Shown: positions 28,901-37,495, counted from the first letter of the stretch. The stretch: 64,000 bases of DNA from an uncultured Candidatus Saccharibacteria bacterium (GCA_965231155.1 OZ246418.1:637710-701709); one strand, 5' to 3'. Notes: generated by a model not told the origin, from the sequence alone. Program-made: numbers and translations.

Positions 28901-31900
28901 TCGCCAAGTTTAGCTTCTGATTCTTTATTGGTGAACGATTCCGCCTCCAGTGGTCAGAGCACTTCTTCGGTGGTGACATTAAAGCTCCAGAATGTTACTG
29001 GTTTGCCGACAGGGGAGACGATCTACGCTCAGTTCTCTGATGACAACTCAACCTGGTATGGTGCGAACTCTTCAGGAACACTCGCTTCAAGTTCAGAGCT
29101 GGGAAGTGGTTTTAGTTCGGCGACAAGTACTTTGAGCGGTTTATCTTGGAGTTGGAACTTGGGGAGCGGGAGTTCGAGTAGATCGAAAGTGCTTCGAGTA
29201 AGAATTTATGATGCCTATGGAAATTCGGGAGGTTCGGATACTAACTCTGTCGGATATAACACTTCGCCAGATTTCAATCCTCTCTATGGTACGAATGGTT
29301 TGAGCGTAAGTCAGGTTTCTTCTTCGGCTGATTCAACTTGGGGGAAGGTGATAATTCAGTACAATGTTCGTGATACAGATACCAGTGTTGGCTCTTCAAC
29401 TCCTGGATATATCACACCATCTTTTGAGTATAGTATTGGCGCCGGGTGGTCTGCTATTCAGACTTCTACATTAGGAGAATCTGACATTAGTAATAAGGGA
29501 GTGAACGATTCATCCTATACGACTCACTCTGCTACTTGGCATGCCTCCTCGCAGATTTCCGGAACATATACGACCGCCTTACAGATTCGAGTTACGGCGA
29601 ATGATAATGAATCAGTTTCTAACACTGCCACAGCTACCTCTGGACTAGTTGTTCTCGACACGAAAGTTCCTTCAACGACAGTTCAGATTGACAGTAGGAC
29701 AGATAGTCTATCCATTACTGCTTCTGATGACTCGACTATTAGCTACAATCTCTCTAATGCCTCTTCTTTGATTGCGGATGGTTCTAATGCCTCTTCGGGG
29801 AGTTGGACTGAAACCAATGCAACCTCAACCAATACTTCAAGTAGTTGGACCTTGGTCGCTGGAGCGACATCAGTAGAGACTGTGTATTATGCCGTGCGTG
29901 ATCTTTTTGGAAATATTACGACTGGTTCGGCCAGTGCGCCTGCGGCGCCTGCTTCGACGACAGTGAGCGACATCTCGACTGCGAGTAGTTCGAACTTCAA
30001 GGAGCTGATAAGCTGGACCGCGTATACGGCAACTTCTGGTCCAACCTTTGCCAGTTACGAAGTCTTCAGAGCAACCAGTGCCGATCCTTCGACCTTTTCG
30101 TTACTTGCATCTGTTTCTGATTCTGCTCAGAACTACTACACAGATACTGGCTTAGCATCTTCAACAACCTATTACTATAAGGTAGCCATCAAAACTTCAA
30201 ATGGTGACTATTCTGGTTATGGAGAAACTGTTTCCGATCAGCCAGATGGTTTGTCTGGGGCGGCCGCCGAGGGACCAACTATTTCGGATGTGTCAGCAGC
30301 TGAGGTGCAAGCGTCATGGGCACGCTTTACTTGGACAACTGACCGAGTTTCTGATTCCAAGGTTGAGTATTCAGTTGCTACTTCTGGTACGCCATACAGC
30401 CTTTCGACCACTTCTCTTACTTTGGTGACTAGTCACGATATTACGGTGAATGATTTACTCCCGAATACGACCTATTCCTTCCGAGTAACCTCTAAGGATA
30501 TTAATAATAAACAGTCAACGACAGTTGGATCTGACTTCACGACAAGTGGCGGTCCAATTATCTCAGCGGTTACCACTGAAGCAGTGACTGATCATACCGC
30601 TTCGATTATTTGGAACACCAACAAAGATTCTGATTCCATTGTGGTATATGCAACGAGTACTCAGAATCTACGGAATGCCACTGGTACCTCAGAAGCTGGT
30701 AGCACTAGCTTAGTGGGTTCTCCATTCCAGCATCGTGTGACACTTTCCGGACTTAATACTCAGACGATTTATTACTACTATGTAAAATCAACTGACGCTT
30801 CAGCCAACGTTTCAACCGAAAAGAATAGTGGTAATTTCTACACCTTTAGTACTGCTCAAGATACAAAAGCGCCGGTTATCTCCAATATCTTAGTTGCTGC
30901 AAAAACACAAACGGCTGCGGTGATCACTTGGCAAACTGACGAACCAGCAAATACCCAAATTAGCTATGATACACGTTCGGCTTCTTCGACTGGTCTTGCT
31001 CATCGAAATCTAACTACCCTCGATGACACAATGACTGTCAGTCATGCTGGCGTCATTTCTGATTTGGTTGCCGGTAGGACGTATTATTACAGCGTGAAGT
31101 CAACTGATGCAGCAGGTAATATAACCACTGCCGATGAAGTAAGTTTTGAAACTGCGAATAGCGAAACACCGATTATTAATTACGTGAGTGTTGGTGGTGG
31201 AGCGTCTGCCCCTGCTGATCCAAAAGATAAGACTGCGCCTGGCATCTCGGATATAGAAATAACAGACATTACACCATTTTCTGCCAAGCTTACCTTTAAG
31301 ACCAACGAAGAGGCCATTGGCTTCGCTGCCTTTGGTGAAACTGATGAATATGGACGAGTTCTTGGTGAGCCTAAATTTAGAACTGACCATATGATTCCAT
31401 TGACTAATTTAAAGTTGGGAACGACCTATCACTTAGAGGTGAAGGCCAGCGACAAGGCAGGTAATTTTGGAACAGCGCCAGATCAAACATTCACTACTAA
31501 ATTCGCGGTGGAGAGTGCAGGTGACATCGCCAAGCTAGAAAATGTGGAACAGTATCAGAGTGAGATTGATCAGTTAATTGAGTCAATCACACCTTCTCTC
31601 ATCACTCCTTTTGTGGGCAAGGTTGATATTTCTGATGTTACTGAAGACTCGGCAGTTATTAAATGGGTAACGAATACGAAGACGTATGGCTCGGTGCTCT
31701 ATGTGGCGGATAAAGATTACGACGAGACAAAAGAAAATCCATATCTTGCTGAGGTAAGCGATACTCAGCCGAGGACGACTACTCATCAGGTGAAATTAAG
31801 TAATCTAGCTTTTGGACAACTTTATCGATTCAAAGTTAAGGCATACACCTTGCCTAACGTGACCGGTTTTAGTTCCGAGAGAACATTCACGACAAAGTCT

Positions 31901-32557
31901 TCGAAGATTCGTCCTGATGTAGTTAAGCTCTTAAATACAAGCTTCGTAGTAAGTTGGCAGACGCAGAAGAAGACTACTTCCTTTGTTGAATATCAGAACG
32001 TACGTACTGGTCAGATTAAACAGAGCGGAAATGATGCCTCAGTAACCGCTCACGTTGTTCAGGTTGAAAACCTTGAGCCAAATGCAACCTATCGAGTGAG
32101 AGCTTTTGGGTATGACGAAAAAAATAATATTGTGGAAAGTGAAACTATTACTGTGACGACGAAGCGAGATATCACTCCACCAGTTATTTCTGGACTGAAG
32201 ATCGATAATACGTTCGTGCCGGGTAGAAATGATCGCATTCAAACAGTTATCAGCTGGAAGACTGATGAGCCATCTACTTCTATGATTTTATATGGTGAAG
32301 GAGCAACTGCTGGGAAGAGAGGATTGTCAGACACTGCTAGCTCTACTGATGGTTCCCTGAATACTTCGCATAATGTGATTATCACCAACTTTAAGCCAGG
32401 CACAATTTATCAGATGCAGGTGGTGTCTGTTGATAGCGCTGGCAATAAGGCAACTTCACCACCTCGAGTGATTATTACACCAAAGCAGAATCAGTCGGTT
32501 TTTGATGTCATTGTGAAAAACTTTGAAGGCACGTTTAAATTCGTTAATCCGCAGTAG
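22961..32557 (+). CDS. Giant extracellular protein of 3198 aa. It has an N-terminal signal/TM, a 7-bladed beta-propeller (lactonase/YVTN-like), about six tandem modules of roughly 330-550 aa containing FN3-like domains, and about eight C-terminal FN3/PAP-N-like domains.
   Basis: Blade motif F[HS]P[ND]GKY[IV]A…GSPY[LF]S[VI]Y[NS]F x7. Repeated blocks include DWGKVQIQYSVRD…GYITPSF[AE]YNIGSGW…, LDTTAPTL, and YE[IV]YRS…YYYR. C-terminal repeats are T…V.W.T[DN]…S.V.Y and TYY[YF].V.S.D. No C-terminal anchor is present. Confidence 0.75.
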   Translation: MNNQSSFRRFLGYFLLVAVFFSSFGSSFLGLHQTAMAATYNFSQTTFSGGATTTSFPTHASNSVNSYSGTWWNQYYSKDASTTASTVITLASSSRSITQTDNGSTNTGFNMATSSNSSTAVTGSGDDALVELALSSARFQDILVATSSLPSNNGLGVAFHPNGKYIAVGGVGSPYLHIYNFDPDTYTIGNKITDSVTSCGSSIDSVSFHPEGRHLMVSCGGTSVMIYDFTPSATYNATSGIISGGVSRGSVAGAMNEAKFSPNGKFVAIAHGGSPYLSVYSFSTSTKNFVTLINPTDLPDGTGRGIDFSTDGAYIGLAHSINPFVSIYTFNSSTGAIGSTKKSPSNVPGGAGSSISFHPSSSYVAVGSAVSNEITIYNFNGNFGNKLTTSTLFDGSVEDVRFSPDGSYIAFAVSDADTPFHYVLGFNATSTWNATANVIGGNVQAGDNLPDDGNGIAFHPSSTFLAMAHHGSPYFSVYARVPRYPTVSGIYTSGPIDFGSKQNFTTLQYASSGLSGTSITIDVRAGNDASPPTSWTSSTANWSTSTASYVSNITSSSVSIAGLSGYQYLRYRATLSNGGTDTKTPSLESVTINSYAFPTSSTLLGSPFNAGDSTNVFSAFKWTDNASTASGTDVLFQVRTGASTGTLGTFVGPGDSASTYFSSSTCSKASGLVSCTIPSTSTLRDGSSDQWMQYKTFLISQGHNAPTITGVTSTYVVNASPDFSSVTAATTTTTSTPTSTVSIQFQVRDTDTTTNYVTSSYEYSTSSGVSWTSITSASLNSTSTVSTTVDISSYTSRTVTWSPSAQIPGVYATSVQVRVTANDFELANNLGRATGTLSVLDTKNPTSVSLSFDSRNGTDTLTIGASDDSNLQFLLSNSSDFSADGLNSSSGVWSVATTPSLSTTTTWNATGTPSYERVYLQVRDIYGNTATTSVVAPHTPQSVVLSDISNVSTGVYSEYLSWATSTDTTGATTAFYEIYRSTNNTSSFAFLASTTATTYINSGLNTSITYYYRITTKTTQGNYSNYSDIVGDQPNGRATNIAPEFNTSLDSTNQTGVIISQVTSTASSDWGKVQIQYSVRDADTHLGSSTPGYITPSFAYNIGSGWVSISGAALNSTSTNTKAVSSSSYTTYTAIWSASTSLPSQYTTNLQVRVTADDGESANNTTPGVSTPITLDTTAPTLSSSLLVNGYTANAPATSTSVTLRIQSITGAPSGETIYPQFSNDGSTWYGMSGGATTTGLGTAVSSTAGALSSLSWSWVLSGTNTVYLRVIDALNNYSATSSVDVQGINQAPQVQTLTVSQSTTTIGLVNISYQVQDSDQGSVSSSFAYSTDGASWTTLSGMNATATALSSLSTSSWNTIYATWNASSQIPNAYTSGLQVRVTLNDAQAVNSSTVATTSLNLDTLAPTRSLTLDARTTTGTVTLSLSDNNNLEYLLSNSSTLVADGQNASSGVWITVGDTSLSTSTAWNLAATSSHATVYLQVRDLYGNVTSTSAIAPGVVSGMTLQDISERASGLFKHLITWTAYEATTSASLAHYEVYRSSNNSSSFARVATTTNNSYTDLSIASTTVYYYRVVVVTTNGNYSDYSSIVSGQPTGSANTAPNFNTSLDSTNQTGATILHSATSSSPDWGRVQIQYSVRDTDTNLGSSTPGYITPSFEYNIGSGWVNIATSTLNSTSTDNKTVTTSSYNTYTAVWSASTSLPSTYTTNLRVRVTADDNESSNNTGQAVTAPITLDTTAPTLASTSLLINNSSDNAEATSTAVTLKLQSITGTPSGESVYIQFSNDGSTWYAGNADGTVTSTAGTLGSLVSSTAASLSAVSWPWVFSGSTVYVRVFDVLGNGPGTDSNTVYGYNTAPEIQNMTALQIATTTDSSWGSLRIDFETRDTDSSNNLVSSTFAFSTSSGVTWTSIPTSTLNATATASFAVSTSSYTAYSVVWNVSSTLVDTYSTDLRIRVTVNDRATVNNITSSTATVTLDTRSPSLASDSLLVNDSASSGQSTSSVVTLKLQNVTGLPTGETIYAQFSDDNSTWYGANSSGTLASSSELGSGFSSATSTLSGLSWSWNLGSGSSSRSKVLRVRIYDAYGNSGGSDTNSVGYNTSPDFNPLYGTNGLSVSQVSSSADSTWGKVIIQYNVRDTDTSVGSSTPGYITPSFEYSIGAGWSAIQTSTLGESDISNKGVNDSSYTTHSATWHASSQISGTYTTALQIRVTANDNESVSNTATATSGLVVLDTKVPSTTVQIDSRTDSLSITASDDSTISYNLSNASSLIADGSNASSGSWTETNATSTNTSSSWTLVAGATSVETVYYAVRDLFGNITTGSASAPAAPASTTVSDISTASSSNFKELISWTAYTATSGPTFASYEVFRATSADPSTFSLLASVSDSAQNYYTDTGLASSTTYYYKVAIKTSNGDYSGYGETVSDQPDGLSGAAAEGPTISDVSAAEVQASWARFTWTTDRVSDSKVEYSVATSGTPYSLSTTSLTLVTSHDITVNDLLPNTTYSFRVTSKDINNKQSTTVGSDFTTSGGPIISAVTTEAVTDHTASIIWNTNKDSDSIVVYATSTQNLRNATGTSEAGSTSLVGSPFQHRVTLSGLNTQTIYYYYVKSTDASANVSTEKNSGNFYTFSTAQDTKAPVISNILVAAKTQTAAVITWQTDEPANTQISYDTRSASSTGLAHRNLTTLDDTMTVSHAGVISDLVAGRTYYYSVKSTDAAGNITTADEVSFETANSETPIINYVSVGGGASAPADPKDKTAPGISDIEITDITPFSAKLTFKTNEEAIGFAAFGETDEYGRVLGEPKFRTDHMIPLTNLKLGTTYHLEVKASDKAGNFGTAPDQTFTTKFAVESAGDIAKLENVEQYQSEIDQLIESITPSLITPFVGKVDISDVTEDSAVIKWVTNTKTYGSVLYVADKDYDETKENPYLAEVSDTQPRTTTHQVKLSNLAFGQLYRFKVKAYTLPNVTGFSSERTFTTKSSKIRPDVVKLLNTSFVVSWQTQKKTTSFVEYQNVRTGQIKQSGNDASVTAHVVQVENLEPNATYRVRAFGYDEKNNIVESETITVTTKRDITPPVISGLKIDNTFVPGRNDRIQTVISWKTDEPSTSMILYGEGATAGKRGLSDTASSTDGSLNTSHNVIITNFKPGTIYQMQVVSVDSAGNKATSPPRVIITPKQNQSVFDVIVKNFEGTFKFVNPQ
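25090..29700 (+). repeat. Intragenic tandem repeat modules, about 1.5-1.7 kb apart and about 80% identical at the nucleotide level, inside the 3198-aa gene.
   Basis: Near-identical segments start at about 26166, 27849, and 29338 (…cagattcagtatagtgttcg[tg]gat…ggatatat[ct]ac[tc]ccatc[ct]tttg…). Confidence 0.6.
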
Positions 32558-32571
32558 GGAATGAATGTCTT

Positions 32572-33606
32572 ATGACGCTGATTGAACTTAAGGACGTTAA
32601 CGTCTATTACGATAAAGGAAAACCAAACGAGTTCTGGGCTTTAAGGAATGTTAGTCTTCAGATCGAGAATGGAACGTATGCGGCTTTCTTCGGTGCGTCC
32701 GGCTCTGGAAAGACGACGATGCTCTATACCATCTCTGGAATGGAGAAGCCGGAGAGTGGAGAAGTTTTAGTGAGCGGAAGAGATATCACTAAATTTTCCC
32801 AGAAGGAGTTAGCTATCTATAGGCAGATGACTGTGGGTATTGTCTTCCAACAGTTCAATCTTATTCCTTCGATTACAGTGCTCGATAATATTGCGTTGCC
32901 AATGGCATTCCTGGGAATGCCATTTGAAATGCGCCAAGCAAAAGCTCTCGATCTCCTTAAGCGTTTCGGCATCGATAATCTAGCCAAACGTTTACCATTC
33001 GAACTCTCCGGAGGACAGCAGCAGCGTGTCGGTATTGCGCGTTCCTTAGCCAACGATCCACCGATTGTTATAGCTGACGAACCGCTTGGAAACCTTGATT
33101 CAGAAAATGCCAATAAGGTTTTGGATTTTTTGTATGATTTACAGAAAAAAGATGGCCGGACCATTATTATGGTTACGCACGAATCCTGGAGTTTAAAAGA
33201 TGCAGAGCTTATTTTTCACATTAAGGACGGTACACTCGTGAAAACTGAACGTCGTGAGGGACGAAGTCAGCCTTTCGTGCCACCAAAATCCGCCAATCTT
33301 CCAGAAGAGGTTCTTGATAAAACTTTTAAAAATATCTTCGAAAATATTGAGAAGACTAATAAGCAGAGACACGAACACAAAGAAGATAGTAAGCATAAAA
33401 TCCTTGCCCTCCTTCAGGAGTCGGGTAGGATTACCAATAATCAGGTGGAGAGTACTCTCGGGGTATCTGATGCAACTGCGACCAGATATCTCGAGGAGTT
33501 GTGCCATGAAGATAAGTTGATTAAAGAGGGGACTATGGGAAGGAGTGTAGCTTATACACTCAAGCCCATTCCCCAAGCAACGGCTACCGTGAGCAGTGCG
33601 GTCTAG
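32572..33606 (+). CDS. ABC transporter ATP-binding protein of the MacB/LolD family, fused to a C-terminal winged-helix DNA-binding-like domain.
   Basis: Walker A is GASGSGKTT, the ABC signature is LSGGQQQRV, and Walker B is IVIADEP. Then comes an 80-100 aa extension, HKILALLQESGRITNNQVESTLGVSDATATRYLEELCHEDKLIKEG, with the HTH pattern. Confidence 0.8.
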   Translation: MTLIELKDVNVYYDKGKPNEFWALRNVSLQIENGTYAAFFGASGSGKTTMLYTISGMEKPESGEVLVSGRDITKFSQKELAIYRQMTVGIVFQQFNLIPSITVLDNIALPMAFLGMPFEMRQAKALDLLKRFGIDNLAKRLPFELSGGQQQRVGIARSLANDPPIVIADEPLGNLDSENANKVLDFLYDLQKKDGRTIIMVTHESWSLKDAELIFHIKDGTLVKTERREGRSQPFVPPKSANLPEEVLDKTFKNIFENIEKTNKQRHEHKEDSKHKILALLQESGRITNNQVESTLGVSDATATRYLEELCHEDKLIKEGTMGRSVAYTLKPIPQATATVSSAV

Positions 33607-33660
33607 TATATTCTCGTCAGGGAGGATGGCTTAGTGTAAAATGAGTAGGTATAGATTTCT

Positions 33661-34902
33661 ATGGCAAACGACTATGGTGATTTAAATGTCACCCACCGAC
33701 TTGGATATCTTGATCTTCTTAAACTCTCAATGAGGGTTTTTCGGACTAAGTTGATGCGCACGCTCCTTACCATTTTTGGTATGTCGGTTGGTATCGGCAC
33801 AGTCCTTTTTCTGGTTTCGCTTGGTTATGGCTTGCAGTACATTTTGATTGGTCGATTGGTTACCTCGGAGGACTCTCTCATTACTCTTGAAGCGTTGTAT
33901 CCACCTGAGGTAGCAAGAAGCCTCACTCCAGCTGATTTAGAAGATATTCGGAAGATACCAGAAGTGGCCGAGATGAGTCCAGTTGCGGAATTCCCCGGTG
34001 AAATACGATCTGGCGATTTGCCAGGTTTTGCTCTTGTCCAGATTGTGGGGAGTAATTATTTTCGTCTTGCTGGTGTAAAACCTGATATTGGATCGGCGTT
34101 TAACGATGCTGAACCAGGCTTGGTCCTCTCGAACTCAGCGATGCAGTTGTTCGATGTAAGTTCAACCCCGTCCTCTTTGGGTAAACAGTTCGCTTTAAAG
34201 ATTGCCTATCAGTCAGATAATGGAGAGGAGTTGGCATCGCCAATTGAAGTTTCGCTCTCTAGCACTGTTCCCCTGGTCGGTGTTTTGACTGAAGACTCTC
34301 AGACACCAACGGTGCTTATTTCTAATAAATTTGTCCCTCAAGCACCACCATTTTTCAGGAAGGTGCTTTTGAAGGCGACTAATATCGATACCGTGGAAAT
34401 TCTTCGTGATAAATTAATCAACAAAGGATTCTTTATTTCAGCGAAGATTGATCTGGTAAACCAAGCTAGGGGAGTTTTGAGAGCAATTACCATTACACTT
34501 GGGGTATTTGGTATTACTGCTCTTTTCGTAGCCGCTATTGGAATGTTTAACACTATGATTGTTGGTTTCTTGGAGAGGATTTACGAGGTGGGTATTATGA
34601 AGTCATTAGGTGCCACCGATCGAGATATTCGGAATCTTTTCTTGATGGAATCTTCGATGCTTGGTTTCTTGGGAGGCGTTGGTGGCATCGCTTTAGGCTT
34701 TAGTTTGGGTCAGATTGGAAATCTGATAGTTAGTACGCTTTCAAGGAGGTTAGGTGGGGAATCAATTCAGCTTTTCATCACGCCCCTTTGGTTTATGGGT
34801 ATGATTATTGCTTTTTCTATTCTCATTGGATTTATGGCTGGTTTTTGGCCAGCGCGCAAGGCTGCCACTCTGTCGCCGAAGGAAGCTTTCGTAAGAAAGT
34901 AA
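33661..34902 (+). CDS. ABC transporter permease of the FtsX/MacB type, with a large extracytoplasmic domain.
   Basis: It has an N-terminal TM helix and a periplasmic domain of about 230 aa. The three C-terminal TM helices carry the MacB-like motif …MKSLGATDRDIRNLF. Confidence 0.75.
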   Translation: MANDYGDLNVTHRLGYLDLLKLSMRVFRTKLMRTLLTIFGMSVGIGTVLFLVSLGYGLQYILIGRLVTSEDSLITLEALYPPEVARSLTPADLEDIRKIPEVAEMSPVAEFPGEIRSGDLPGFALVQIVGSNYFRLAGVKPDIGSAFNDAEPGLVLSNSAMQLFDVSSTPSSLGKQFALKIAYQSDNGEELASPIEVSLSSTVPLVGVLTEDSQTPTVLISNKFVPQAPPFFRKVLLKATNIDTVEILRDKLINKGFFISAKIDLVNQARGVLRAITITLGVFGITALFVAAIGMFNTMIVGFLERIYEVGIMKSLGATDRDIRNLFLMESSMLGFLGGVGGIALGFSLGQIGNLIVSTLSRRLGGESIQLFITPLWFMGMIIAFSILIGFMAGFWPARKAATLSPKEAFVRK

Positions 34903-34962
34903 GAGTTTTTTCTCTTAGTTGTTTGATTTTCTGCATTGTGTAACTATGAGTAGTGTAATCCT

Positions 34963-36132
34963 ATGAGAATCTTTATTAGTCGATTTCTTACTGTACTTTT
35001 TGTCCTGCTGGTACTTTCACCACTTTCTACCGAGGCGGCCGCTTTTAAGTATGCAGGGTGGCTGCCATTTTGGGAGAAGCAAAAAGGGGCTTTCGATCTG
35101 GCAGTGAATATCGATAGGCTTGATGAGGTCAGTCCATTTTCTTATGAGGTGCGTCCAAATGGTACCCTGGTTGATAAATTGAAGCTGAAAGAAGGTTTCT
35201 GGCCAATTTGGTTGCAATCAATGAGAGAGTTAGGAGTAAAGAATATTCCTACTGTTGCGTGGTTTGATGGTGAGGGGATACACAAACTACTGAGCAACAC
35301 CAAGAGTCGACGTGCTCACGAAGACGCGATTGCAAAGCTAGTAAAGGATATGAAGTTTGATGGTATTGATATTGACTACGAGGCTAAAAAAGCAGAAACC
35401 ATTGATTACTTCTCTCTATTTATAAAAGGACTAGCCATTCGTCTCCATCCGATGGGGAAGACTCTCTCTTGTACGATTGAGATTCGTATGCCAGTCAGTT
35501 CTCGGTACGGAGTAGTTCCTGGTGAGCCAATTGAATACGCGAATGATTACAAGGTTCTTAATAAGTACTGCGATCAAGTTCGGTTGATGGCTTATGACCA
35601 GGGTGGCGTCGATAAGTTGTTGAATACCGAGAAGGGCAATGGCCGTCTTTATGCACCGGTGGCTGATCCCGCTTGGGTGGAGAAGATTCTCCAGGAGGTT
35701 TTAAAGACAATTAGCCCAAAGAAGGTGATGCTCGGAATTCCGACCTATGGCTATGAGTATCAGGCGACTTGGGCAGATGGCATCACGACCTACCGTCGGT
35801 TGAGAAGTATTAATTTCTCTACGGCTATGACTTTGATGAACTCCTTAGGACTGACTCCTGAAAGAAATAGTGCTGGCGAGCTTGGTTTCTGGTATACCTC
35901 AAGTAGCCTCATCGAAGTCTCATCCTCTTTGAGGCGAGATGTTTCTTCTTCTTTACCCCCAGAAATTGCTTCTTCGACAGCCCGAGGAGGAATCACTCGT
36001 TTTGTTTCTTTGTCAGATGCCGAAGCCGTGGCTCAGAAAATTGCGTTAGCTAAAAAATACAAGTTGAGAGGCGTTGTTTTTTTCAAGTTTGACGGCGGAT
36101 TTGATCCCAATATTTGGACTAAAATTCAGTAG
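34963..36132 (+). CDS. Secreted glycoside hydrolase family 18 (chitinase-like) protein.
   Basis: A signal peptide and the GH18 catalytic motif FDGIDIDYE (DxxDxDxE). Confidence 0.7.
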   Translation: MRIFISRFLTVLFVLLVLSPLSTEAAAFKYAGWLPFWEKQKGAFDLAVNIDRLDEVSPFSYEVRPNGTLVDKLKLKEGFWPIWLQSMRELGVKNIPTVAWFDGEGIHKLLSNTKSRRAHEDAIAKLVKDMKFDGIDIDYEAKKAETIDYFSLFIKGLAIRLHPMGKTLSCTIEIRMPVSSRYGVVPGEPIEYANDYKVLNKYCDQVRLMAYDQGGVDKLLNTEKGNGRLYAPVADPAWVEKILQEVLKTISPKKVMLGIPTYGYEYQATWADGITTYRRLRSINFSTAMTLMNSLGLTPERNSAGELGFWYTSSSLIEVSSSLRRDVSSSLPPEIASSTARGGITRFVSLSDAEAVAQKIALAKKYKLRGVVFFKFDGGFDPNIWTKIQ

Positions 36133-36146
36133 AGAAGAAAACTTTT

Positions 36147-36707
36147 TTAGAGTTCTCTCATTATTGCCTTAAGGCCAATTTTTTTGGTTGATGAGAAGGG
36201 GACGATCAGGTGCGAGCCAGCGATTTCTTGAAGCTCAGCTATTCTCTTGGTGAACTCAGATTTTTTAATCTTATCTACCTTACTGGTGGCAATAAAGAAG
36301 TCTTTTTGATAGTTTTTGAGATCTTCAAGCATACTCAGATCTTTATCAGTAAAACCTACGTTAGCATCGATCACTAAGATTATTTTTTTCTGAGTATAGT
36401 TTTGGTTAAAAAGGTAAGAGCTTATCAGATCACCCATTTTTTCTCGTCCGAGTTTTGAGCCTCGGGCAAAACCGTAACCAGGGAGGTCGAGGAAGTAGAA
36501 GGATTTATTGATGAGAAAGGCGTTGATCTGTTGGGTGCTTCCAGGATAGGAACTGGTGCGGGATATTTTCGTGTGGGTGAGCGCATTAATTAGGCTCGAT
36601 TTACCAACATTCGATCGACCAATAAGAGCAATTTTTGGGAGTTTGTCATTCAGAATCTCGTCGTCCCCAACGATTCCCTTAATGAATATAGCGGATTTTA
36701 TCTCCAT
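36147..36707 (-). CDS. engB: Ribosome biogenesis GTP-binding protein YsxC/EngB.
   Basis: G1 is GRSNVGKSS, G3 is DLPGYG, and G4 is TKVDK. The 186 aa length is typical. Confidence 0.8.
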   Translation of the reverse strand: MEIKSAIFIKGIVGDDEILNDKLPKIALIGRSNVGKSSLINALTHTKISRTSSYPGSTQQINAFLINKSFYFLDLPGYGFARGSKLGREKMGDLISSYLFNQNYTQKKIILVIDANVGFTDKDLSMLEDLKNYQKDFFIATSKVDKIKKSEFTKRIAELQEIAGSHLIVPFSSTKKIGLKAIMREL

Positions 36708-36764
36708 GGTGCTTATGCTAGCAGGCTGGAGGATGACTGTCTATTTTTATGATAAAATTAGAGG

Positions 36765-37487
36765 ATGAGCAAAACACGTGATCCAATTATCCATACTGAG
36801 TTTGATGATGGAATTAGTGGCGGTAAATTAAACTGGCTTCGGGCAGCTGTTCTTGGTGCGAACGATGGTATTGTTTCTGTTTCCTCAGTGATTGTTGGTG
36901 TGGCCGGTGCGTCTAGCTCAACGAGCTTCATTCTGACGGCTGGCGTGGCGGCGCTGGTGGCTGGAGCGCTTTCGATGGCGGTCGGGGAGTATGTTTCAGT
37001 GAGTACTCAGCGTGATACAGAGAAAGCTCTTTTGGCGAAGGAGCGTTTTGAACTAGAGCATCTTCCTAACGAAGAACTAGAGGAGCTTACGACTATCTAC
37101 GAGGGTAAGGGTTTGTCTCGAGCGACAGCAGAGGTGGTGGCCAAGGAACTAACGGCTCACGATGCATTTTCTGCTCATGTTGATGCCGAGCTTGGTATAG
37201 ATCCCAATGACCTCACGAATCCTTGGCATGCTGCCTATGCCTCTGGTTTGGCGTTTTTCTGTGGTGCAGTGATTCCTCTTCTTGCGGTTATTATTTCTCC
37301 TGAAGACATTCTTGTCCCGGCAGTTTTCGGATCGGTGATTCTGGCCTTAGTCGCCACTGGTGGACTGAGTGCCTATGCGGGCGGTTCAAAGAAAAGAGTG
37401 GCTATCGTGCGTGTCGTCTTGGGTGGTGTCCTGGCGATGATTATCACCTTCGGTATCGGAAAGATTTTTGGCGTCTCAGGAATATAG
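36765..37487 (+). CDS. VIT1/CCC1-family iron/manganese transporter.
   Basis: The signature LRAAVLGANDGIVS…GEYVSV and five TM helices. Confidence 0.7.
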   Translation: MSKTRDPIIHTEFDDGISGGKLNWLRAAVLGANDGIVSVSSVIVGVAGASSSTSFILTAGVAALVAGALSMAVGEYVSVSTQRDTEKALLAKERFELEHLPNEELEELTTIYEGKGLSRATAEVVAKELTAHDAFSAHVDAELGIDPNDLTNPWHAAYASGLAFFCGAVIPLLAVIISPEDILVPAVFGSVILALVATGGLSAYAGGSKKRVAIVRVVLGGVLAMIITFGIGKIFGVSGI

Positions 37488-37495
37488 AATTTTTG

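Noticed and set aside
36145-36175. A possible terminator hairpin between the GH18 gene and engB (AGAGAA…TTCTCT).
   Set aside because: It has a 6-bp stem with a 16-nt loop and no clean U-run, which is too weak to call.
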